64,000 bases of DNA from a virus, in IMG/VR virus record IMGVR_UViG_3300020421_002453, positions 9,097 through 73,096 of that record; one strand, written 5' to 3'. Shown one piece after another: positions 18,708-27,736 of the stretch; position 1 is the first letter of the stretch; each line of letters begins with the position of its first letter. Made by a program: the position numbers and the translations under genes. The notes beneath the pieces are model-generated. The model had not been told where the DNA came from, made no database searches, and saw only the letters and a list, made by a program, of their open reading frames with translations.

Positions 18708-21437
18708 ATGAATAAATATCGTAATCTGTTATCATCAGTGCTTATGATGACTGGACTGTTCGCACAGTCAATAGTCGGAGTAATAACTGATGTGGACTCA
18801 AATCCACTTGGAGGAGCTAACATTGTAGTTAACGGAACAGACTTAGGAGGAGTATCAGATAATACTGGTGCCTTTTCTATCAAAGTTGATTCTGGAACAT
18901 ATGATGTAACAGCTTCTTACATTGGTTTCTCATCAATAACTAAATCAGTTGTTGTTGAGAAAAGTGCTACACTCGACTTCGTTTTAGAAGTTAGTTTTGT
19001 AGGACTATCAGATGTTGAGGTGTTAGCATCTCGTGCATCTGAAACTACACCTGTTGCTTACACTAATGTTAGTAAAGAAGAAATGGAAGTGAGATTAGGT
19101 TCTCAAGATATTCCAATGATTCTTAACACAACACCAAGTGTATATGCAACTCAACAAGGTGGTGGTGCGGGTGATGCTCGTATCAACATTCGTGGTTTCA
19201 ATCAAAGAAATGTTGCAGTGATGATTAATGGTGTTCCCCAAAATGATATGGAGAACGGATGGGTTTATTGGTCTAATTGGGATGGTGTAGGTGATGCTAC
19301 ATCTTCAATTCAGGTTCAAAGAGGTCTATCAGCTGTTAATCTTGCTACACCTTCTATTGGTGGAACAATGAATATTATTACCGACCCTACATCTTTTGAA
19401 AAGGGTGGAAAGTTCAAACAAGAAGCTGGTGATGGTGGTTTTCTAAAAACTACTTTTAACTACAATACTGGTCTTATTTTAAATGACAAGTTAGCTTTAA
19501 GTGGAACTATTGTTCGTAAAACTGGTGATGGAATAATCGATGGAACTTGGACTGATGCTTGGGCATACTACTTCGGTGGTTCATATGCTGTAAGTAATAA
19601 ACAAAGGTTCGAGTTATATGCAATCGGTGCTCCACAACGACATGGACAAAATCTATACAAACAGAATATCGCTACTTACTCACAAGAGTTGGCTGGTGAT
19701 GTAGACGGATATGATACTGATGCTTTTGCAGAAGGTAACAAATTCGAAACTGAAGCTGGTAGATTTTTCAATCAGAATGTCGCACCTATTGACCCATCTT
19801 ATACAGGTAAACAATATTGGTATATGTATGGTGCAAGAACAACAGATAGATTCAACAAGAACTTCTTGAACGAAAGAGAAAACTTCTTCCATAAACCATT
19901 AGTGAACTTAAATCACTTCTTAGAAATAAACGATAAGATGGGTATCTCATCTATTGCTTATTGGAGTGGTGGTTCAGGTGGTGGAACTGGTACATATGGT
20001 AGTGTATCAAGAACACCAGCGGTTGAGGGAGAAAGATGGTATGCAAGTTCACCGTGGGCTTGGGATTGGAATGCTGAGATTGCTCAAAATTCTGATAACA
20101 TCGATGAAAACTTCTCTGTAGATGAAAATCGTTCAACAGGAATTCTTAGAAACTCTATCAATCGACAAGATACCTATGGATTAATTTCTAAATTAAATTA
20201 TTCAGTTAATGATAACTTAGAAATACAAACAGGTATTGATTGGAGAACTGCTCGTATCGAACATGCTCGTGAAGTTAGAGATTTGTTAGGTGGAGATTAC
20301 TATGTTGATTATGCTGATGACAATTTCGAGGACGGAAAAGTAGTTGGACTCGGAGATATAATCGCTTATCATAACGAAACAACTGTAGACTGGATTGGTG
20401 GTTTCTTACAAGGTAACTATACATCAGAAAAACTAAACCTATATGGTATGGGTGGAGTTTCTTCTATTAAATATAGTTATCAAGACCACTTCACAGTAGC
20501 AGATGAAGTAATTACAGCTGACCCTATTTCTACTTATCAAGTAAAGGGTGGTGCATTATATAATGTAAATGAGAATCTTGGAGTATTCATTAATAGTGGA
20601 TATGTTCAAAAGGCTCCTATCTTAGATAATGTAATCTACTACGATGGTGTAGTAGCTACCGACCCCGATAATGAGAAATTCTTACACAATGAACTTGGTG
20701 CCAACTTTGGTACTGAGAAATTTGGTGTTAGAGTTAGTGCATACAACACAGATTGGAAAGATAGAAACTTGACTAAATCAGTACAGACTGGTCAAGGTGA
20801 TTCAGGTGATACTGATATTATCTTCCTAAAAGGTGTTAACCAAAACCATAAAGGACTTGAAATCGAAACTAAAGTAAAACCAAATGATATGGTTGAACTT
20901 GATTTCATTTATTCTTATGGTGATTGGAAGTTCGATGGTGATGCCGATGGTACTTACCAAGAACAAGAGTACAATGATGAGAACCAAGTAATTGGTATTC
21001 AGACCACAGATTACTCTTATGCACTTGATGGATTATATGTTGGTGATATGCCACAAACATCTTATATTTTAGGTGTTACACTTAAACCTGTTAAAGGATT
21101 AAGACTTCAGGCGTTATACAAAACATATGATAGAAATTATGCTGACTGGTCACCTGATTCTCGTGAGATTGAGGGTGATGCGGACAGAGCTCAAGTTTGG
21201 GAAGCTCCTGGCTATTCAAAACTTGATTTACATGCATCTTATAAACTTCCTATCAAGGGATATGACATTTCTTTAAATGCTCATCTATTCAATGCTCTTG
21301 ATGAAGTATTCGTACAAGATGCGGTTGACAACTCGAAATATAATGGGTGGGGTGATAAAGTTCATGCCGCACATAATGCTGAGGTATTCTTAGGAACACC
21401 AAGATATGCAAATATTGGAGTTTCTGTTAACTTCTAA
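18708..21437 (+). CDS. TonB-dependent outer-membrane receptor with N-terminal carboxypeptidase-regulatory-like domain
   Basis: Signal peptide ending LFAQ; G.ITD....PL.GANI.V.GT..G..SD..G.F; plug IRGF...NVAVMINGVP, IQVQRG...GGT.NIIT; C-terminal GVSVNF. Start moved to ATG 18708, after AAGGAG. Confidence 0.93.
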   Translation: MNKYRNLLSSVLMMTGLFAQSIVGVITDVDSNPLGGANIVVNGTDLGGVSDNTGAFSIKVDSGTYDVTASYIGFSSITKSVVVEKSATLDFVLEVSFVGLSDVEVLASRASETTPVAYTNVSKEEMEVRLGSQDIPMILNTTPSVYATQQGGGAGDARINIRGFNQRNVAVMINGVPQNDMENGWVYWSNWDGVGDATSSIQVQRGLSAVNLATPSIGGTMNIITDPTSFEKGGKFKQEAGDGGFLKTTFNYNTGLILNDKLALSGTIVRKTGDGIIDGTWTDAWAYYFGGSYAVSNKQRFELYAIGAPQRHGQNLYKQNIATYSQELAGDVDGYDTDAFAEGNKFETEAGRFFNQNVAPIDPSYTGKQYWYMYGARTTDRFNKNFLNERENFFHKPLVNLNHFLEINDKMGISSIAYWSGGSGGGTGTYGSVSRTPAVEGERWYASSPWAWDWNAEIAQNSDNIDENFSVDENRSTGILRNSINRQDTYGLISKLNYSVNDNLEIQTGIDWRTARIEHAREVRDLLGGDYYVDYADDNFEDGKVVGLGDIIAYHNETTVDWIGGFLQGNYTSEKLNLYGMGGVSSIKYSYQDHFTVADEVITADPISTYQVKGGALYNVNENLGVFINSGYVQKAPILDNVIYYDGVVATDPDNEKFLHNELGANFGTEKFGVRVSAYNTDWKDRNLTKSVQTGQGDSGDTDIIFLKGVNQNHKGLEIETKVKPNDMVELDFIYSYGDWKFDGDADGTYQEQEYNDENQVIGIQTTDYSYALDGLYVGDMPQTSYILGVTLKPVKGLRLQALYKTYDRNYADWSPDSREIEGDADRAQVWEAPGYSKLDLHASYKLPIKGYDISLNAHLFNALDEVFVQDAVDNSKYNGWGDKVHAAHNAEVFLGTPRYANIGVSVNF

Positions 21438-21447
21438 TGGTAAAATT

Positions 21448-21474
21448 AGGGGGATTGAAATATATCCCCCTTTT
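21448..21474 (+). terminator. Rho-independent terminator
   Basis: AGGGGGAT-N8-ATCCCCCT followed by TTT, just after the receptor stop codon. Confidence 0.8.
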
Positions 21475-21533
21475 ATCAAAAATAAATTACACTTTCAGAT
21501 TATTTTAATCTATTTATATTAAAGAGGTTTTAA

Positions 21534-24044
21534 TTGTACCAAGCAATACATTACGAAAAAAGAAGAAACAAAATTCACTTATGGGATGATAAAAAAGGTC
21601 ATCTCGAAATACCATTTAAAAAATACGCTTATACAAAAAGTCCAACAGGTCTACATTTCACATTGGATGGTGATAAGGTAAAAAAGATTTATGAGTGGGA
21701 TGGTGATACACCTAACTTATTTGAAAGTGATGTACCTGTATTAACAAGATTTTTAGTAGACCAATATACTGATTCCGATGAGGTAAGTGAGGGAATCAGA
21801 ACTTTATTTTTTGATATTGAGGTAGAAGTTGTAGATGGTTTTCCTGATGTAATGAAGGCCAATGAGAGAATAACTTCTATTGCATTCTATGATGAATACT
21901 TAGAAAAGTATTTTTGTTATACCTTAGATGAAAAAAGAAAACTTGAAAATTGGGAAAATGAACACGAGATAGTTGAATTATTCCAAACAGAATATGAACT
22001 ACTTACAAAATTTTACCAAAAATATCTCGAAATACAACCACACATTCTAAGTGGTTGGAACTCTGAGTTCTTTGATATCCCTTATCTATATAATCGTAGT
22101 GTAAATGTATTAGGTAAATCAGTTGCCGATATGTTATCACCTATTCGTAATGTGATGTACTCAGAGTATAAAAAGAAACATTCGATTGCTGGTGTTTCAT
22201 CATTAGATTATCTAACTCTATATCGTAAATTCTCAGTTAACCAACAATCAAGTTATCGTTTAGATTATATTGGTGAGTTAGAAGTTGGTATGAAAAAGAT
22301 TGAGTATCAAGGAACACTTAATGACTTATATGAAAATGATTTAGATAAGTTTATTGAATATAACATTCGAGATGTAAAAATCTTAGTTGAATTAGATAAG
22401 AAATTAGATTTCATTGGTATTGCTCGTGGTATAGCCCATCTTGGTCATGTTCCTTATGAAGATGTGATGATGAGTTCAAGATATCTTGAGGGTGCTATTT
22501 TAGTATATCTAAAAAAGATTGGAGTAGTTGCACCTAACAAACCACCAAGACCAAAGAAGTTTGATAGTGAAGAGAAGTTTGCAGGTGCTTATGTTCAACC
22601 ACCACAAAAAGGTAGACATGATTGGGTATACGATTTAGATATCACAAGTATGTATCCAAGTGTTATTCGTTCACTAAACATCTCACCTGAAACCAAAGTT
22701 GGTAAGATAGAGGGTTGGGATGCTGAACAACATTTAAAACAAGATTTGAAAAAAGAATATACATTATGTAATCGTAGTGGTAAAGAGATAGGTACAATAC
22801 CAAATACAGAACTAACTGATTACTTAGAAACTGCTGGGTTAAGTATTGCAAGTAATGGTGTTATGTATCGTACAGATAAACAAGGATTGATTCCTGCACT
22901 TCTAACCAAATGGTTCAATGAACGAGTTGAGATGAGAAAACTCGTGAAGAAGTTTAATGAAGAGGGTGATAAAGAAAAAGAAGAATACTTTGATAGAAGA
23001 CAATACCTACAGAAGATTTTGTTAAACTCATTGTATGGTGTATTGGGATTACCTGTATTTAGATTTTATGATTTAGACAATGCAGAGGCGACGACCCTTA
23101 CTGGTCAAGCCTTAATTAAGTTCAGTAAAAAGATAACTAATCACTTTTATAATCGAGAGCTTGGTACTAACGATGATTATGTTATATACATAGATACTGA
23201 TTCTATTTTCGCCTCTGCAGTTCCTTTAATTAAAAAAAGATATCCAAATGAAAAGTTATCAGAAGTTATGATGACACAAAGAATTATGGAAATATGTGCA
23301 GAGGTACAAGATTATCTTAATCAGAGTTACAATTACTTTGCCAAGAAGTTTCTGAATGTAGAAGTAGATAAGCATGTATTTGATATTAAACAAGAGGTGG
23401 TTGCAACTACAGGTTTATTCATCACAAAGAAAAGATATGGTTTACATATTATTAATGATGCTGGTAGAAAAGTAAACACGATTCATGTTAAAGGATTGGA
23501 TACAGTCAGAAGTAATTTTGCTGTGGCTATGAAAGATTTGTTGGGTAAAGTATTAGGTGATGTACTTGCCAAGGTTCCAAAAGAAAAGATTGATGAACGA
23601 ATCAGTATATTTAAACGAAACATGAATGAACTTCATTATGATGTTATGGCAAATCCAATCGGTGTAAAAGGAATTGGAAAGTATGAAGTGAAAGATGAAG
23701 AATCATCATTCAGTACTTATAAGAAAGGAGCACCAGTTCATGTTAAGGCCGCTATCAATTATAATTCATTACTACAACATTGGTACGAGGGTAGGAAATA
23801 TGAAAAGATTGGTAATGGGAATAAGATTAAGTGGGTGTATTTAAAAGATAATGAGTTTGGTTTTGATACAATTGCTTACAAAGGTTATGAAGACCCACCA
23901 CAGATTTTAGATTTAATTAAAAATAAGATAGATAGTAATAGAATGTTTGAACAGGCCATGAGTAAAAAGATAGGAATGTTTTATGAGGCCATGAGTTGGG
24001 AAGCAGTAGTTGATAAAACTCAAAGTATTGAAAGATTTTTTTGA
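21534..24044 (+). CDS. gp43: Family B DNA polymerase (T4 gp43-like)
   Basis: Exo FDIEV and GWNSEFFDIPY; YDLDITSMYPS; KILLNSLYG; YIDTDS; KKRY. No intein seen. Confidence 0.96.
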   Translation: MYQAIHYEKRRNKIHLWDDKKGHLEIPFKKYAYTKSPTGLHFTLDGDKVKKIYEWDGDTPNLFESDVPVLTRFLVDQYTDSDEVSEGIRTLFFDIEVEVVDGFPDVMKANERITSIAFYDEYLEKYFCYTLDEKRKLENWENEHEIVELFQTEYELLTKFYQKYLEIQPHILSGWNSEFFDIPYLYNRSVNVLGKSVADMLSPIRNVMYSEYKKKHSIAGVSSLDYLTLYRKFSVNQQSSYRLDYIGELEVGMKKIEYQGTLNDLYENDLDKFIEYNIRDVKILVELDKKLDFIGIARGIAHLGHVPYEDVMMSSRYLEGAILVYLKKIGVVAPNKPPRPKKFDSEEKFAGAYVQPPQKGRHDWVYDLDITSMYPSVIRSLNISPETKVGKIEGWDAEQHLKQDLKKEYTLCNRSGKEIGTIPNTELTDYLETAGLSIASNGVMYRTDKQGLIPALLTKWFNERVEMRKLVKKFNEEGDKEKEEYFDRRQYLQKILLNSLYGVLGLPVFRFYDLDNAEATTLTGQALIKFSKKITNHFYNRELGTNDDYVIYIDTDSIFASAVPLIKKRYPNEKLSEVMMTQRIMEICAEVQDYLNQSYNYFAKKFLNVEVDKHVFDIKQEVVATTGLFITKKRYGLHIINDAGRKVNTIHVKGLDTVRSNFAVAMKDLLGKVLGDVLAKVPKEKIDERISIFKRNMNELHYDVMANPIGVKGIGKYEVKDEESSFSTYKKGAPVHVKAAINYNSLLQHWYEGRKYEKIGNGNKIKWVYLKDNEFGFDTIAYKGYEDPPQILDLIKNKIDSNRMFEQAMSKKIGMFYEAMSWEAVVDKTQSIERFF

Positions 24045-24103
24045 TTTTGAACAATCTCGTATATATGTATATATAGAGAAAATAATAATAGGAGAAAAAG
24101 GTT

Positions 24104-24835
24104 ATGAGTAAAACTAAACTAAAGAGATTCATCGATAAGTATTCACTTGGAGGTGAAATCAAATCAGTTAAGTGGACGAGTAATGGTAACAAGTTATCAA
24201 CAAGGTTTATCTCAGGTGATAAATCAGTTGTTGGTCATGTGGTATTGGATAAGTTTGATGGAATAGACCCATCAGATTTAGGTATCTATAATACACCACA
24301 ATTCTCAGCTTTACTTGGCATTATGGGTGATGATGTTGATTTTAAATTAACTTCATCTGGTGATAAATTTATTAGTGTTGATATGGAAGATACTAAATTT
24401 AAAACTAAAGCTAAATATATGTTAAGTGATTTGAGTGTTATCCCTACACCACCTGAACTGAAAAACTTACCAAGTGAATTTGATTTGGATATTAAAGTTG
24501 ATGCAAACTTTATAAACACATTCATTGCTGGTAAAGGTGCTTTGGCAGATACAGAATCATTCACTATCGTTACTAAAAATGATAGAGTTGATTTAGTTAT
24601 TGGTTTTAGTAATGTTGCAAGTAATCGTGTTACTATTCCTGTAGAAGTAGAAAACTATGTGGAGTTAGAACCGATATCATTTAATGCAAATATATTTGCA
24701 AACATACTAAGTGCTAACAAAGAATGTCAAACAGCATCCTTGAAGATTAGTAAAGATGGATTGAGTAAGATTAATTTTAATATTGATGATTACTCTTCAG
24801 AATACTACTTGGTTGCTTCACAACAAGTGAATTAA
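24104..24835 (+). CDS. gp45: Sliding clamp (T4 gp45-like)
   Basis: 243 aa between the polymerase and clamp loader; GIY...F...L and C-terminal ISKDGL..I.F......YYLV pattern. Confidence 0.75.
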   Translation: MSKTKLKRFIDKYSLGGEIKSVKWTSNGNKLSTRFISGDKSVVGHVVLDKFDGIDPSDLGIYNTPQFSALLGIMGDDVDFKLTSSGDKFISVDMEDTKFKTKAKYMLSDLSVIPTPPELKNLPSEFDLDIKVDANFINTFIAGKGALADTESFTIVTKNDRVDLVIGFSNVASNRVTIPVEVENYVELEPISFNANIFANILSANKECQTASLKISKDGLSKINFNIDDYSSEYYLVASQQVN

Positions 24836-26073
24836 TGTATTTAGAATACTTCGATAAATTCCTAAACATGGAACCATATCTTTCTATAGATGAGAAAGAG
24901 TGGGAATATATTAAGGAAACATTTGATAAAGATGATGTTAAAGAATCTCTCGCCAAAGTGGCCATGACTTATGATATACCTTATGCCGAGATTTCAGAGA
25001 AAGATGCTTACAAGGAACTAATGAACCTTAAAGGTATGAGACACAATGAAATCTTGGTAGAGGGTGATTGGTTTGCTCGTGAGGGAACGGAGTATAGATA
25101 TGGGTTAGAGTTTGAGGGTAAACAACAATACTTCAGACGAATCAATACAGGAAATAAAGCTAGTAATTATTTCCAACAAGAGAATCGTTGGAGTGTGGAT
25201 GGAACAATTGCACCTGGCCCAAAAAGAACTTGGGAAAGTGAAAAGTTTATGACCAGTTTAATGGGAGCAGCTTATACATTAAAGTTACCAAGTTTAAATC
25301 GTAGTTCTTTTAGAACAATGATAGGATTGAGAAAGTATATTTGTTCTCAGTTCAAACCTAATGTTGCAAAAGTATTGTATGATAAATTAGATAGTAAAAG
25401 TATCTTAGATTTCTCAGCAGGTTGGGGAGATAGATTGGCTGGATTCTATGGTAGTGAAACAGGTGAGTTCTATATTGGGATAGACCCAAGAAAAGAAAAT
25501 CATCCTATCTATCATAAACAGGCAGAGTTTTATGATAAACATAGAACGATGTTTGAAGTTCCTAAAAAAAGTATGTTTGTAGAATCACCAGCAGAGGATT
25601 TTGAATACAAAGAAAATATGTATGATACCGTATTTACATCACCACCTTATTTTGGTGTTGAGAGATATAGTTATGATGATACTCAGAGTTGGGTTAGATA
25701 TAAAACTATTGAAGAGTGGAACGAGAAGTTCTTACATAAAACTTTAGAAAAAATATGGCCATCTATTAAAAGTGGTGGATATTTATTAGTGAACATTAGT
25801 GATGTATATGCTAGTAGTGGTGCTAAACAGAAGAGATTAAATTCTGGTGGGAAACATTGGTTAGAGATTTGTAATCCAATGAATGATTTCCTAAGTACAT
25901 TTAGTGATTCAGAGTATAAAGGTTGTATTGGAATGGAAATGGCCAAACGACCTAATAGTGGTGGAGCAGGAACTGCTTCAGATGAAAGGTTCACCGAAGA
26001 ATCATTGAAACTTGCAGAAGAAACTAAAGAGAAAACATTTTGTGAACCAATTTGGATATGGAGAAAATTGTAA
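24835..26073 (+). CDS. DNA amino-methyltransferase (m4C/m6A), orphan; paralog of 13890..15095
   Basis: ILDFSAGWGDRLAGF, FTSPPYF; shares EICNPMNDFLS, GCIGMEM.KR.NSGGAG and EPIWIWRK with the first copy. Confidence 0.85.
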   Translation: MYLEYFDKFLNMEPYLSIDEKEWEYIKETFDKDDVKESLAKVAMTYDIPYAEISEKDAYKELMNLKGMRHNEILVEGDWFAREGTEYRYGLEFEGKQQYFRRINTGNKASNYFQQENRWSVDGTIAPGPKRTWESEKFMTSLMGAAYTLKLPSLNRSSFRTMIGLRKYICSQFKPNVAKVLYDKLDSKSILDFSAGWGDRLAGFYGSETGEFYIGIDPRKENHPIYHKQAEFYDKHRTMFEVPKKSMFVESPAEDFEYKENMYDTVFTSPPYFGVERYSYDDTQSWVRYKTIEEWNEKFLHKTLEKIWPSIKSGGYLLVNISDVYASSGAKQKRLNSGGKHWLEICNPMNDFLSTFSDSEYKGCIGMEMAKRPNSGGAGTASDERFTEESLKLAEETKEKTFCEPIWIWRKL

Positions 26074-26997
26074 ATGGATGAAATTAAAAATACCTTATGG
26101 GTAGAAAAGTATCGGCCTTCAAACCTTGACACTTACATAGGTAATGAACACCTAAAAAGTAAAGTTAAGGTCTATTTGGAGAGTGGAGACTTACCACATC
26201 TTCTATTGTATGGAAGGGCTGGTACGGGTAAGACCACTCTCGCTAAATTACTCGTTAATAATATAGATTGTGATTATCTATATATTAATGCTTCTGATGA
26301 GAATAGTGTAGATGTAGTTCGTGAGAAAGTAAAGAACTTTGCCTCAACACTTGGATTCCAAGAGATGAAAGTTATTATCTTGGATGAGTGTGATTACATT
26401 ACACCAAATGCTCAGGCAGCTTTAAGAAACCTAATGGAAACATTCTCAAAACATTGTAGGTTTATCTTAACTTGTAATTTTGTAGAGAGAATCATTGACC
26501 CAATCCAATCAAGATGTCAATCATTTCAGATTATACCACCAGATAGAAAACAAGTTGCAATTCATGTATCTGATATTTTACAAAAAGAAAATGTAGATGC
26601 AAAGGTAGATGATATTGTAACCATAGTTAATGGTGGGTTTCCTGATTTGAGAAGAGTAATCAATGGTGCTCAACGACAAGTTGTAAATGGTAAGTTAATT
26701 ATTGATGAGGGAATGAGTATCCAAAATGATTATAAGAACCAAGTATTAGAAATCTTGAAAACACAAGATAAAAAGAATTCATTTAAGAATATAAGACAAC
26801 TATTGGCCGATTCAAAGGTAACAGATTTCTCTGATTTATTCAGATTAATGTTTGATACTGTAGATGATTGGGGTAAGGGTTATGTGGCAGAATGTATTTT
26901 AGTTCTGGCCGAGTATCAACAATCAGATGCTGTAGTTGTGGATAAAGAGATAAATATTATGGCAATGTTCATAGAATTAATAGGGAAAATAAAATGA
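26074..26997 (+). CDS. gp44: Clamp loader AAA+ subunit (T4 gp44/RFC-like)
   Basis: LWVEKYRP, GRAGTGKTT, INASDE, IILDECD, AQAALRN.ME, IQSRC. Confidence 0.95.
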   Translation: MDEIKNTLWVEKYRPSNLDTYIGNEHLKSKVKVYLESGDLPHLLLYGRAGTGKTTLAKLLVNNIDCDYLYINASDENSVDVVREKVKNFASTLGFQEMKVIILDECDYITPNAQAALRNLMETFSKHCRFILTCNFVERIIDPIQSRCQSFQIIPPDRKQVAIHVSDILQKENVDAKVDDIVTIVNGGFPDLRRVINGAQRQVVNGKLIIDEGMSIQNDYKNQVLEILKTQDKKNSFKNIRQLLADSKVTDFSDLFRLMFDTVDDWGKGYVAECILVLAEYQQSDAVVVDKEINIMAMFIELIGKIK

Positions 26998-27254
26998 GTG
27001 ATAAAAGAAAATTCGTAGGTCAACAAGACCAACAAACACCACCACCACAAATAGATTTGGGTGATGCTGAAACAATAACTTGTGAAGAATGTAATAATGC
27101 ATCTTTCATACAATCGTTCTTCTTAAAAAGAATATCACCTTTGGTATCACCAACAGGTCAAGAAGCTATTGTACCAATTCAAGTATTCAGTTGTGGAAGT
27201 TGTGGTTCAATACCAAAGAAAATGATGAGTACTGCTTTGCAACAAGGAGAGTAA
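26994..27254 (+). CDS. Small zinc-ribbon protein
   Basis: CEEC...CGSC pairs. Confidence 0.7.
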   Translation: MSDKRKFVGQQDQQTPPPQIDLGDAETITCEECNNASFIQSFFLKRISPLVSPTGQEAIVPIQVFSCGSCGSIPKKMMSTALQQGE

Positions 27255-27695
27255 ATGTATTACAAGATAGATTTAAGTAATTACGAACCACGAGAAACTC
27301 GTACTTATTTAGAGTTTGATGAGTATAAATTTAGTCCTTGTCAATTAGAATCTATTGAAAAAGAATTAAATAACTTCCAAGATTCATTTGGAAGACCTTG
27401 GACAGAGTGGGATATGTCTGATTTACAAGATAGATTAGAAAAAAATTGGACATTTTACTTAGTTAATGGTGGTTGGTGCTTTATAGATTGGGATAGAAAA
27501 TATCCTTATTTATGTAATCGTTATGTGTTTCCAGAACATAGAGGTAAGGGGTTAGGAAAAGATTTAGTTTGGTTAAGGTGTAATGAAATCAAAAAACGAG
27601 GATTAAATACTGCCTCAATTAAATTAGATTGGTGGAACACACCAGCATTATCGGTTATAGAAGAAGATATTTTCACCGAAATTGATGATATTTGA
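27255..27695 (+). CDS. GNAT-family N-acetyltransferase
   Basis: YVFPEHRGKGLG acetyl-CoA-binding motif A; N.PAL motif B. Confidence 0.8.
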   Translation: MYYKIDLSNYEPRETRTYLEFDEYKFSPCQLESIEKELNNFQDSFGRPWTEWDMSDLQDRLEKNWTFYLVNGGWCFIDWDRKYPYLCNRYVFPEHRGKGLGKDLVWLRCNEIKKRGLNTASIKLDWWNTPALSVIEEDIFTEIDDI

Positions 27696-27736
27696 TATTT
27701 ATATATGAAAAGTTTTATAGGAATTAAGGAAACAAT

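Noticed and set aside
11567-24044. Inteins or introns in UvsX, helicase, RNR or PolB
   Set aside because: All have normal lengths and contiguous motifs; Hint domains occur only in 27737..30001.
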